Source of the DNA: Amphiscolops sp. MND2022
Taxonomy: Eukaryota
Assembly (NCBI GenBank): GCA_964187785.1
Contig: OZ076409.1
Coordinates: 64,542,001-64,606,000 of the forward strand
Reading direction: 5' to 3'
Length of the DNA: 64,000 nt
Positions within the stretch are counted from its first letter, which is position 1; each line of letters opens with the position of its first letter. This document shows positions 35,696 to 47,544 of this stretch, in pieces. The position numbers and the translations under genes are program-made. The notes under the pieces are model-generated. The model searched no databases. It was not told the origin of the DNA and saw only the letters and a program-made list of their open reading frames with translations.

Positions 35696-36588
35696 TAGAA
35701 ATGATTGAGTATTGCATTTTAGTCTTGAAATACTGAAGAATGTGAAAGATGATTATTCAGTTTGCCCAAATAAGGTCCTATCAATTGGTGTTAATGGTTG
35801 GTACACCTGCCTCTAAATTGCAGCTTTTAAATTTGGGACGAATTATGGAATCTTCAAAATGAGACGAATTAACACTGGGGACGAATTGTCGCTTTTTGCA
35901 ATTTGGGACGAATTGTCGTTTAGGACGAATTATCGCTTTACAAGATTTTGCGGTTGCGTTCCTTAGTTCTGGGCACTATGTCGGATTTAACCAGCGGCTT
36001 AGTAATCGGTTAAACAATTCGGTTAACAAAATGGTTTGTTAATCAGCTCACAGATTAGTTTATCAGACTCTAGCTCAACCGAATAATGCCATGGATAAGC
36101 ACAGGGACCTGCGAGGGAATTCGAAAAACTTGTTATCACTGAATGGTTTTCGTGTCAAAATTTGGGTCCACGTCTAAAATGGTCTAGATGTATCTGAATC
36201 ACTTTTGAGTGGTGAAATCGGTTAATTATGTTAAACTATACATCGCCATTAGTTAGGAAAGAACTAAGGTTTTTGTTGGTGGAACTCAGCAATTTGAGAC
36301 CACAAAGTTTGGAACTATGAACCCGGGAAAAGGTGATAAAATAGGCATCTCGAGATATTTGGTATTGCGAAAGTCAAACTTGATAACACCATTAAGCCTG
36401 ACTTCTAAAACCGCTGCTATATTCGAATCTACACAATCCTGTTCGCCTTTACTGCAAAGAAACCCAGGAGTAAAAGAACTTTAGAACAGAAGAGTTTTTC
36501 AGAACGGTATACTAACTTTCATCCTGAAGAAATCAATATGAAGCTTCTGAAAGATGTCTCATACCAATAAAAAATTGGGTATACTCAC

Positions 36589-36750
36589 GGGAAGGAACTG
36601 ATAATGTCCTTTTAAGGGAGTCGTGGGATCGCAAAGAGCCTTGTGAGTGCATCTTGTTGGGAGTGAGCTTTCAACAAAGGTCTCGGTTGTCACAGTGTGC
36701 CCAAAACTACTTATACGAATGATTCTTTTTTCTAAGTTTAAATTATCCAA
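36589..36750 (-). CDS. Candidate exon (54 codons) of an unannotated multi-exon gene
   Basis: TTTTAG acceptor, phase-0 start LDNLNLEKRIIRISSFGHTVTTETFVESS..., consensus GTGAGT donor; phase-compatible with the exon at 37914-38205. Confidence 0.5.
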
Positions 36751-37565
36751 CTAAAAGCACAAACTAACCTGACTATTATTATCATCTTGCAAGTTTTTTT
36801 GGGTTCAAACAGTTATCTCCACTGAAAGTTGGTACTAATCAATAATATTCTGCTTGTTTTGCGTCCTAAATCAAACAGCGATTCCGGAATTAGGCAACGA
36901 AGATATCTTGCACAACGACTCGGGCCTATTTTACAACAGGGATGTCTGAGCATGGTGAGCTATTGTTCATAAGATCCTAAAAAGTTCTAACAAACATTTC
37001 AGGAGGTCTCAAAGGTAATGTTTTTGGCTCTACGCTCCAATTTTCCAAACGAAAACTTACTATTGTGGATTATTTTCAAAATTATATTCAATTTCTACAA
37101 CAAAATTTTCATTCTATTTGCTATGATGTTATAAATTCACAAACAGCTACCAATTTAACTAATTTTAGTCGGTGCTATATTAGATATAGACCGAATATTA
37201 CAGTGAACTTTTGTGGTTGGCGCAATATGAAATGTCGCCCGAGCATTTTAGTGGCTTTTCCATCGCATTTTAAAATCTATTCGGATTCAACATTTTTGAC
37301 TGAGAACTAAAAAGTAAATAGCGGCCCCGCTATGAAAATGTTTCATCTTTACTTGATCTTCAAATCTGGGACAATTTTCGGCACTGTGCGACTTTTTCCG
37401 AATTACTTTGTTCAAACCAAAAGGTCCCCCTCAACAAAGGGTTAAGAAAGTCTTTTAGAGTTCATTGAATTAGAATTTTCTTTAAGATGACACCTGAGCA
37501 TAGTTGAAAATTAAATCTTATGCGGGGTGCCAACATATAAGGGGTGCTTCAACAAAGAGCTTCTT

Positions 37566-37638
37566 AAGACGAGTCTAGTGGGTAGAGTATGTACTTCCCA
37601 AAAAGGAGGTCGTCGGTTCGAACATGACCAACGCACCA
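37566..37638 (+). pseudogene. Degenerate tRNA-Gly(TCC)-like sequence with encoded CCA
   Basis: D-loop-like GTCTAGTGGGTAGA, loop CTTCCCA, GGTTCGAAC B-box, and 3' end CCAACGCA+CCA. Acceptor and anticodon stems do not pair. Confidence 0.5.
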
Positions 37639-37913
37639 ACGCCGAACGTTATTCATTTTTTTTTTCAAATTAAACCAAATTTCTCCATATGAACTCCTCC
37701 ATACATCTGATAAATTATTCTCATCTTGGAATATTTTTGAGCCTTCAGCGGTAAAATTCAAAAAGTGGGAAAAGAAAAAATAGGGCTATCTTTCTGTTAA
37801 TTAAAGAACTTCACCATGGCAATGAATTGTTCGGAAAAAAACAAGAAGAAAAAAGGGCCTTAATTGAACTCAAAACAAAAACCTCAATGATGAGAACCCT
37901 AGACAACCGATAC

Positions 37914-38205
37914 CTTTAATTTGAATAAGCTATTTCCAACCTCACAACTGTTCCCTGAGTTAACGCGGTCGGTGGGAATCAAAAAGTTGCTGGAGCGTCT
38001 ACTGCAATCGTTGAAACTCAGAGAAGAGTTTGAATTTGATAAATTGGGATTTGAGGGGGGAGACTTGGAAATGAAAATAAATGGAGCGTGGACGGGGGGT
38101 AAGGAAAAGGTCTTGCAAACAGAGAGCAGACCCCTTTCTACTGGATGCACATGTGGATTGTTGTCATGGATATTATTGCGACAATATTGTTGTTGTTGAC
38201 TGAGC
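37914..38205 (-). CDS. Candidate exon (292 nt), Gln/Asn/Ser-rich
   Basis: Polypyrimidine acceptor CTTTTACCTTACCAG, open frame LSQQQQYCRNNIHDNNPHVHPVERG...GNSLFKLK, GTATCG donor. Confidence 0.5.
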
Positions 38206-38673
38206 CTGGTAAGGTAAAAGTGGAACGGTTAGAGAGCGATTCAGTTGGATCAGGTGCCGACAGACAATTTAATTTCAAACACAACTTCACAAGGTAACGT
38301 CTGATAACGCTAGTGCAAAGTAGCAAAAACAAAGGGAGTCTTGGAATGGCGATGTATTTGTTTTCGTATTATAGTATTCAAAAAACGTCATACAATTTCC
38401 TCCTCACTGAAAAAAAAAGAGCACCCCGCAAAAAGAGATACATATACAAAAAAGGAGAAAATAATGACGACCTTTTCAATTTATGCATTTTCCTTTGGGA
38501 AGTTAGCATTTCCTGAGATTTTCCTAACATTTCCTAAGATTTTCCATGAAGATGAAGTAAATACCCACAAAAGTAGCGGCAATTATTTTATCAAGAGAAA
38601 TTATTTTCAATGTATTTTTGTTGTGAATTTTGAAGGAGCTCGGCACCTGGCATGTAATGGATGTTTGAACAAC

Positions 38674-38800
38674 CTGCAAGATTTCGTCATTATGATGTCA
38701 TCTTTATTCATAATGACGTCATCTGTCCTCTCGTTGACGTCGCCAAAGCAATCAGAATTTTCATCATGATCCTCCGAGGTGAAATCGGAACTACTGGAAT
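38674..38800 (-). CDS. Candidate acidic exon of the same gene
   Basis: Open frame SSSSDFTSEDHDENSDCFGDVNERTDDVIMNKDDIIMTKSC; a phase-2 donor (38673, or alternatively about 38646) fits the phase-2 start at 38205. Both donors are weak. Confidence 0.35.
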
Positions 38801-39087
38801 CTTTGTAAGTCATATTTCCCAAATTCATTGCAAAAGATAACCATAAAGTTATTAAATAAGGAAACAAAATCCGGTCGTTGCAAAGCGAAGTTGATTAATT
38901 TAAAACGGAAATATTGAATGCGAGTAGGTAATTACTTCCTAGTTCAAAGACGGGTCTTGGATGGTTTCGATTATTGTGAATAGGACTAATTGAAACCATT
39001 TGATGTCAACAGCTTAATTATCATTTCTGAGGATGTACTGAGAAAATCGATTGAGAGTTTATTCCTTCGAAAGAAATTTGTGCCAAT

Positions 39088-39443
39088 CAGGGTTTTGACA
39101 CAGCTAATTAGCCATTTAGCGGCCGCTCAGGAGCTTTTAGCGATTTCATTAGCGGTTCAAACTAGCGGTAACTGATAGAATGTCCAAATCTAAGATTTCC
39201 TCCGAATAAACTCGGAGTTTCAAAATGAATTTCAAAAAAAAATAACTCTTACCCTTGTAAAACACACACAGTATAAAAAAATTCGATGTTTTTCTTGCAA
39301 AACTAAATTAGGCATCATTCAATTTTGAAAAATACTTGAAGTCAAACATTTAATTGTTTAGAAGAAAAGGTTTTTCAGCGAATGAGCGATTTTTAAATTA
39401 GCGGTTCAGCGATTAGCGGAAAGATTTAGCGGTCAAAACCCTG
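39088..39443. mobile_element. hAT-family MITE (356 bp)
   Basis: TIR CAGGGTTTTGAC / GTCAAAACCCTG; exact 8-bp TSD GTGCCAAT; multiple TAGCGG subterminal motifs. Confidence 0.92.
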
Positions 39444-41523
39444 GTGCCAATATTGACACGATGAGGTACGTTCCTTGAGATCACCAAAACTGAAAAATTC
39501 TTCCTTTGTTCACATGCACGTGTCATTGAAATAACAAATCTTCACTGACTAATTCTGTGAAACTGTTGGCAAGGTCAAAAAAGATGAGCCATTTGCAAAT
39601 TATCAAATTACTGTACCGTTTCAGGCGCTTAGCGGGCATTTGGAATTTGGCGAACTATAGGTCAGCGAACAGTTTTTATTCCTTAGCTGCAGGTAATACT
39701 TATATTCAAGAAGGCATTCGAGAGTGCGTTCAAGAAAAGTCATTAGTTTAAAAAAGTGGTTTCAGCGAAAACAATTAGATATAGATGTAACAGGCGAAAC
39801 TAATCTTTCTCTGCTTAAATATTTACAATGTATAATAGATGTACAATTCCCAAAACAAGAGGACCGTCTGAAGATTCACGTGCAGTACTAATGAAAATCT
39901 TTCCTGAAGCTGAACTCGACTATTATCCCAGTTATAAAAGCTAAGTCGCTATCTCTCTATTTCGTAATCAAAATTCTCAGCCAGTTTGTTTAACCAATAG
40001 AAAACATTGAAGTATCGGTCATGCTTCAGATTTGCTGTTTGTAAAAGCTGCCAAGAGAACCAATATTCTGCATGATGAAACAATTTTTGAAGAAATAATA
40101 AAGAAGAGAAAAACTAAGAGAGAAGTAATTTTCTAGACATCTTCCAAGTCAAAAAGTATTTTTGGATACAGAAAGAAGTAATTAAATAAGATAAAAAGAA
40201 AAAGACGTGGGGTTTTCCTCATTTTAGCGAGGAAAAGAAGTGGAACGAAAGGCAGACAACATGATTGGCAAGTTCCCATTTCGACTGACTTTGACGGCTA
40301 GGTGACTTCGAGGTAAAAACTTGGAAGAGTCTTGAAAGCTTCATTACATACAGTTGGGTTGCAAATAAAAACAAAAAGCAGGAAATGTCACTTAATGGCC
40401 TTTTCCTCTTTACTTTTCCTGTTTCGAAGTGACGCCGAGACGCAAGCCCTTGGCATTAGGTGTTGGTGCCCTAAGGAGATGGGTGTCGTTTTCCATTTGC
40501 ATTCAAATTGAGGTAATTGCATTCACGTTTAAACTTGGCAGAGAGCCAGTTGCAAATTTGGTCTGCAGCATTAGAGCCGAGTTTGAAATTACTCAACTTA
40601 GTGGTAGTATCTATTAAACAATGAATACATGGGCAACAGTACTCATCAAGGGAAAAGATGTGACAGTTGGTAACTGGGAAAAGCCCTCTTGGGCTGCTTA
40701 AAAGTTGCAGACCTAATTTTACTTTAAATATCGTCAGCACAACTTCAAAAATGTTTCAACCTTTCCAATATTTTGAAAATACGTACGACTGAATTCTCCA
40801 AGTTAAAATTTTCATTACAACTGCTAAATCGTTTAATCTCCCTAAATATTTCCTTATATGATGTCTCTGGGGTAATCGATAGTTTTCATTGCATGGGTTG
40901 GAACATTTCGGAAAAAACTACCTTTGGGCGTCCAAATTGCAATTAGAGAAATAACTGAAATTCTAATTAAAATTGTTAATGAAAACTGTCACAATAGTAG
41001 ACCTGGGAAAAACGGCAAATGATTACAGCAAAATTAATTTGAAAGTTCACAGCGACAGTAAGACCCGATTAAAACGTGAAAGATACATATAAAATGAAGA
41101 TTACGTATCTTCTATACTTTCAATTCTCCCGGTATCAATGCCTCGGGCTTGATATTCTTCATCCATTGGGAGCAGGGAAAATGAATTGGACCGAATTCGG
41201 TACAATTTCGGCAACACAGTACTCTTAAGCTCATTTACACGTTGTTCTGATACATATTGGTTACGCTGAATGAACAATTTCGACATAAATCCTTCACATT
41301 TTTCAAAAAAGGACAAGCAGAACAAAGGGTAAAATTTTCAATTGCATATACCAATTTTGAATTATAGCTACACGTTTGTACACATAATGCTCATGTCAAC
41401 AATTAGACCTATAATCACATCTTTGAGGTTGTTCACAATTTGAATACAGTCTCTGCTGGAATTTGAGCTAAAACAGCTTGAAGTCTCAAGTAAATGGCTC
41501 AGATTCACTCCGTATTCTCTTGG

Positions 41524-41649
41524 TCATCCGTTTCTGATGACTTGGATGAATTCCCAGTACGAGAGAAGTCCGTCGCCATCTTTGTCTCCCACTTTGATCA
41601 TTTCCGCCGCTTCTTCATCTGAAATGTTCTCACCCAACATCGCCATCAC
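41524..41649 (-). CDS. EF-hand (calmodulin/troponin C-like) gene, last exon
   Basis: TTATAG acceptor; VMAMLGENISDEEAAEMIKVGDKDGDGLLSYWEFIQVIRNG*; contains EF-hand 4. Confidence 0.9.
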   Translation of the reverse strand: MMAMLGENISDEEAAEMIKVGDKDGDGLLSYWEFIQVIRNG

Positions 41650-42105
41650 CTATAAGTTACAAGTTATTAAATACGGAAGGGAAAACCTGACCAATTTTCA
41701 ATACCATTGACTGTTCAAAAACGATGTTAAGAGTCGGTTGGACTTTCACTCTTAGAAATAACTTCAAGTTTCATTCTTCAATTTCACAAGGTGGGCGCGC
41801 CAACCACGAAGTCAGCCGGCTGTTTTTTTGAGACATTTGTAGTTCGGAGAAGCTCCTTTTTGCATTCGAAAAGACCCCTTGAAGTTTTTCGTTACTGTGA
41901 AAGTTTTTAGAATTTACACAAGAACATCCATCCTTTAAGAACATTCAAAAACAGCCTTAAAGCACATACAAAAAGGAGCTTTTCCGAACTAGAAATGTCG
42001 CCAAGTCTTTGCGCTCGTTCCCGACTTGTTTTCTGTGAAAATTGTCTTCTTCCCTCGTTTCGAAACGTTTAGCAACAATGACAAGCCTGATTTATACTGA
42101 CATTC

Positions 42106-42638
42106 AACAAGCCGAGAACGGCCAAAGTCGGCGCCATATCTAAGGCTCAAAATTTAAAAGGGGGACCCTTCGGGCTTTGTGAAACTCCAGCTGGTTGCAA
42201 AAAAATTTGAAAAAAATTGAAGGGGGACCCTTTGGAGACATGAAAAAATTTCCCGAAAAAAATTTTTTAATGAGATTTTTGAACAGTGTCACAGTGCCGA
42301 AAAAATGTAAAAGGGGGGACCCTTTGCAATTTTTTGACATCCATTGTGTTGCAAAATATCGAAACAAATGAAGGGGGACCCTCTGATGCAATCCAAAAAA
42401 CTTCAAAAAAGTCGCATAGTGCCGAAAAAAGTGGGGCTAAGGTGGGATCTTTGGACGTCTGTTTTGTTTTTTCTTTTCGTTTTGGACGCGCTTCTGAGGT
42501 TGGAGTTGTTGGGGTTTGAAGTTGTTGAGGTTTAAAGTTGTTGAACAAATGAACAAAAAAGTGGACCTTACGCGTCTAAAAAAAACTACCCACTGTAATA
42601 GTCGGGCACATTTTCTACTAAAATGCGCCGACTAAAAA
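42106..42638 (-). mobile_element. Family A copy in the last intron of the EF-hand gene
   Basis: Head AACAA-GCCG-AGAA-CGGC; tail GTCGGGCACATTTT-CTACT-AAAATGCGCCGACTAAAAA. Confidence 0.75.
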
Positions 42639-43377
42639 CTCAACTGGCATTCAAAGATTTCGTAGTATCGGCATTTTGGATCTTTTTTAGAGCCTTTCGG
42701 CACTTTTTTCGGCCTTTCGGAGAAAAATTATCTCGATCAATTCATATTCTACGAATTTATATTTTGGTTGTTGAATTCAGGAAAAATTCTATTTTTGAGG
42801 ACAAAATTGGAAGACGATCGAATTTGGAAAACGTGGCTGAGAGATTAATTTTTCTTTATCAGCGGCTGATTATTCCCACGCAGCTGATTATTTTTCGGTC
42901 TTGTGGAACTGATGAAAGTTTTCTCAATGTCTGTGGAATTTTAACAATAGTGTCACTTCGCAATTTAAAAACCTTGGTTTTTAACCTTGTTTTATCTTCT
43001 GTCATTCTGCAACGTCCACTTTTGTTAATTTTCATAAATTAAACGAAAAAAAAACAAATGTCGGACACATTTTCCTACAAACGCTGACTAAAAAGCAGTT
43101 GAGATACTCCTATGTAAACAAAACATTCTGGGAAGGACAGAGCGATCAATAATAGAGCATTACATAGAAAATGACGAAACAACTCAGTGGAATATCTCTC
43201 CTTATTAAAAATGCTTCCAAAAATCACACTATCATATTTGAACGCAATGAGCGAATGGAAGAAGGAAATTTAAATGACGGACAAAAGTTCGTTAGGAAAG
43301 GTAAACTACAGAAAGCTTCTATGCAACAGAGAATAGTTAATCGTGTAAGTCGTTTATAACCACAGCAACGTTATACA

Positions 43378-44065
43378 AACAAGCCGGGACCGGCCCAAGT
43401 CGGCGCCATATCCAAGGCTCAAAAATAGCAAAAAGACTTCCAAGTGTCAAGTATTCGTTTACAGTAGTCGAAAATCGATAATTTTTCGAAATTTTTTTTT
43501 GAAAAAATTACATACTAAAAAAATGGACCGAGTGGCGCGCCGGGGCTCGCTACCGCGAGCCCCTGGCGCGCTAACGTCTCACAATGCCGAAAAACTGAAA
43601 GGGGGGAGCCTTTGAGGTTTTTCAACATCCATTCTGTCGCAAAACATGAAAAAATTGAAGAAAAAATTTTTTTTTATTTTCGGGATAAAATCTCACAATG
43701 CCGAAAAAAACTGAAAGGAGGAACCCTTTGGGATTTTCCAACATCCATTCTGTCGCAAAACATCAAAAAAAATGCAGGGGGGACCCTTTGAGGAAAAAAA
43801 ATTTCGAAAAAAAAATCCGAAAAAAAATGTCTCGCAGTGCCGAAAAAAATTGAAAGGGGGGACTCTTTGGTCTCGCCCGGTATGATATGTTACGCGGAAA
43901 AACAGGTAAAACCATTTTGGCCCAGTTCGCTAGGCCAAATGGTGCTATTTGACACCATAATATTTTGTAGAACTTTTAAGAACTATTTTGGTCAGTTCGT
44001 GTGGATAGAAAAAAAAAGAGTCACTATAATAGTCGCGTTTCACTTCATGAAGCGCCGACTAAAAA
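43378..44065 (-). mobile_element. Family A copy in the same intron, with an extra GC-rich hairpin
   Basis: Head AACAA-GCCG-GGAC-CGGC; tail TAGTCGCGTTTCACTTCATGAAGCGCCGACTAAAAA. Confidence 0.75.
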
Positions 44066-44165
44066 TATACTGAGTCCTTCGATTATAACGTCATCATTCC
44101 TACTAGGAAATGATAGTATCCGCCTGAGGCTGTCCTTATATCCGGATCAGAAGCAATTAGATGAC

Positions 44166-44379
44166 CTGTCGCAGCTCGTCTGGAGAAATGTAGTTGTCGC
44201 AGTCCTTGTCAATGACCTTGAAAGCGTCCAAGATCTTCTCCTCGTTCTGTTCCATCTCCGTGATCTTGCGAGCCATCATGCCCAGGAACTCAGCGAAATC
44301 GATTTCCCCATTCCCATCTTCGTCAGCCTCCGCCACAATCTCCTCCAACTCCTCCTCCGAAGGGTTCTGGCCCAGATTT
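44166..44379 (-). CDS. EF-hand gene, exon with EF-hands 2 and 3
   Basis: TGCAG acceptor; (R)[38 protein letters not shown]...[15 protein letters not shown]; GT donor at 44165; phases match both neighbouring exons. Confidence 0.92.
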
Positions 44380-44790
44380 CTGCACGCCAAAATTTGACAG
44401 GTTCAAACAATATTCTCAGTGGAATTTCACGTAATCCAAACATTTTCAAACACTCAGCATTCACTCAATATGCACAGAAAAAGTCCGATTGATAATGAAA
44501 GTTCGTTTTTGAAAAAAGTTCTGAAACGTTCGTCGCTTTTATCTCTTGAAAATTAAAATTTTAAAATTATTGAAGCCTGAATTGGATACATAAAATCTCA
44601 AGGATTAACAAAATGGGAAAAACAAAAGTTCCCGTGATTGCATCGAGATATTGGGGGAAAATATGGCGTTGTTGCTATCACTGTCTCTTGAAAATGCAAC
44701 CAAAAAGCAAAAATTCACAACATGGCATCACTACATGAAAGTGGTGTTGTGTCTAATGTACTTGGAAAACTAGATCTAAGAAGCACCCAC

Positions 44791-44938
44791 CGCAGAAGAG
44801 ATCCCAACTCATCCAGATCGATCGTTCCGCCTCCGTCCTGATCGAACTCCATGAAGGCCTCTTTGAACTCTGCAATGTTGTCATCCGTGAATTTGCTCCT
44901 CCACGGAAAGTGGTCGATATTGTACGCATCCCCCATTG
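44791..44938 (-). CDS. EF-hand gene, exon with EF-hand 1
   Basis: TTATCAG acceptor, (A)MGDAYNIDHFPWRSKFTDDNIAEFKEAFMEFDQDGGGTIDLDELGSLL(R), GTGGGT donor at 44790. Confidence 0.92.
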
Positions 44939-46192
44939 CTGATAAATAATCCCCCTACTTCTATGCTTCTGTTAGTCTCCACAAGGTCAACGGTAACCGG
45001 ATGGGTGATTATGTCTAATTGACCATTTGAATTATATTCAGATGGATAATCGACTAGTTTTAGTGTGAGAAAAGTGATATTTTCTTATTCGTGAATTCAG
45101 AAAAGCAAAGACGACAGGATAACCCAAGAAAAGCAAATTAAACAGAAAAAGATTTCGAACAAATTTGCCAGAAAAATCATCGTTCTATATTGAAAAAATT
45201 CAACAGTTCAAGATTACTGTACACGTTAACATACAATATCAACGGTCGCACATTGGAATGTTAGACAGATGTTCAGATAACCACACATGGCAAAAGTTTC
45301 ATAAATGAAAATCTTGTTTACCGCGAAAACATCAAAAAATACAAATATTCAAATGATCAAAATTTGAATATTATTTCGAATCTTAGTCCACCACAGTGAT
45401 TCAAACAATTACCAACCAGAATTGAAACAAAGCTAAAGTGAACAATTGCTTGGTTAACCTTCTTCGCCAAATGTTTGACTTTTCTTGACGCCAGGAGAAA
45501 GTTGCCAAAGCAAAAACGCGCTTAAACGTTTAATAAAATGGGAAATTTGGCAAGGAAAAAAGTCATTTAAATAAATTGAAAAAATGGTAGAGCGGAAAAA
45601 GAAAGATGATACCGTGTATCAGAAACAAAGAAGTTGCTTATTATGAATTATAAGAAAACTACATTTTAATCTATATTGAACCGATTGAGCATCAAAAAGA
45701 ATTAATCCCCAGAAAAGGAGAAAAATCTGCCAAATAAAATATATGACGGTACTCAGAATTTGTCTTCTCCGTTACCCGTACGATATACATATCCTAGTTA
45801 GATATGATTGAGACACATCAAAGTTTATAAGATACAATTTAAGACGATACAATATCAATATAGGAGTCCCAGATTAAAAATTCAACATAAAATGCATAGC
45901 ATCTGTAATTTGTATAAATAGAAATGAACTAGCTACTTATTTTTTTATTACCTGAGATTTGATTTCAAAACTTAGTCCAAAATTACCATCCAAAGATACT
46001 TCAAAAAGGCACTTTAGGGTTGCACGAAGCTGACTTATTAAGAAAAATAGCAAAATTCAAATCATTTCATAACTATAGATTTATTTTAATGAATGATTTT
46101 ATTACAATTCTCCGTATTACGAAAGAAGCAAAAAGAAATGGTCATCACTACTGAGACATTAATAATGGTGTACTATTTTCATTAAAACTAAC

Positions 46193-46424
46193 CATGAGCC
46201 TCTTTGGCGGGTAAGCTGGACAAATTAATCCCAGGAGGTAAAGATGTTCTCCATTCACGAGTATTTTTATTGCTGTTCTTCTGCGCTTCCTCGGCTTCTT
46301 TTCGAGAAGCTGCTTTATTCTTTGTCCCTCCGTGATCAGCCTTGTCTCCGGCCTCATTTACGCTCGCTTCTTTGATCTTGCTGCTCCAGGGAAGAGTCAC
46401 TGATTTGCTGCTTTTCGAACTCAT
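46193..46424 (-). CDS. Probable first coding exon of the EF-hand gene (77 codons, basic and disordered)
   Basis: ATG, open frame MSSKSSKSVTLPWSSKIKEAS...KEAH, then G|GTTAGT donor in phase 1, which joins CA|ATG at 44938 in frame. The four exons sum to 720 nt (239 aa plus stop). Confidence 0.65.
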
Positions 46425-46789
46425 CCTGATAAGTTTAGGAGCAGAGAAGTGGGAATATTATGGCTGTTACAAGTACAGCAATTCGGTTCATGTGTAAATG
46501 AAGTCATCGTTACCAACCATTAAACTAACTCTGGAAAATAAAGATATATAACAGCATTTTGACATCGCTATCTCTTCCGCTAACTGTTGAACCGATACTT
46601 TCTAAATACACGTTTTGCACTTCAAATGAAACGAATCGTACATTCAAATAGAACAAAGTAACTCCATTTATTAAAACATGTTTTTAAAACATGCCCTGAA
46701 AAAAAGTGTCGAAACACCTAAAGGGTGCTTTCCGTGCTCGGAAACTGCCTCAGAAGTTCGGATAGAGCGAGCTGAGACAAATGCGAGCA

Positions 46790-46985
46790 CTTTTTTCGAT
46801 CATACGCCTCCTCCTCAGTAAAACGCAAATTACTTCGCATATAACGTCAGAAGTTCGGCTGTAGCGTGCTGGGACAAATAGAAGCGCTTGTTCTCGAACC
46901 TCCGTAGTAAAACGCAACTAGGTTCGGATGTAACGTCGGAAATTCGGATATAGCGCTTCACTTTAGATATTACGTAAAAATTCGG
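46790..46985 (+). repeat. Isolated units of the family B central tandem repeat
   Basis: AGTAAAACGCAA...TTCG.ATATAACGTCA.AA.TTCGG.T.TAGCG matches 33830-34250. Confidence 0.6.
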
Positions 46986-47039
46986 ATAGTATTGAAAAAA
47001 AATTATTTGTGGATATCTATTGAGAAAACCTAATATCAG

Positions 47040-47544
47040 ACAAAATTTAGAATTTGCAGCAGTCTCGTAGTGCCAAAAAATGAGAAAGGGGGACCTTTTG
47101 AGATTCTTTAACATCCATTCTGTAGCAAATTATCAAAAAATTGAAGGGTCATTAAAAATTTTCGGAAAAAGAAAATCGAGTTTTGAGCGGTATCATAGTG
47201 CCGAAAAATCTAAAAGGGCGAACCTTTGAAAATTTTTAACATCAATTCTGTGGCAAAATATCATAAAAACGGAAGCGGACCCTTTGGAGACAAAATTTGA
47301 CAAAGCCGAAAAAAGGATAAAGTCTCAGAGTGCCAAAAATCGACAGGAGGGGAGGGAACCTTCTGCTTTGGGACGGTTTTGTATTTTCTGTCGGAGGCAT
47401 TGGATGCGTTCAAAATCAAGTACTGGGTACTTATGGTAAAAATGCAGTATGCACAAAAGCTTACTATTCAGAGTTCGACTGACAAAAAACTAGTCACTGT
47501 AATAGTCGGGCTTTGTTCCTTGAGGAAAATGCACCGACTAAAAA
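47040..47544 (-). mobile_element. Family A copy (head not resolved)
   Basis: Body blocks and tail TAGTCGGGCTTTGTTCCT-TG-AGGAAAATGCACCGACTAAAAA. Confidence 0.55.

Larger units (their letters stand above)
34548..35942. mobile_element. Foldback/Mutator-like element hosting nested insertions
   Basis: Inverted arrays of GCGACAATTCGTCCC units at 34555-34682 and 35830-35935; candidate 9-bp TSD AGATTTTTC / AGATTTTGC (one mismatch); termini diverged. Confidence 0.55.

Noticed and set aside
44001-44492. 163-aa plus-strand ORF
   Set aside because: Antisense shadow of the EF-hand exon fused to a repeat tail.
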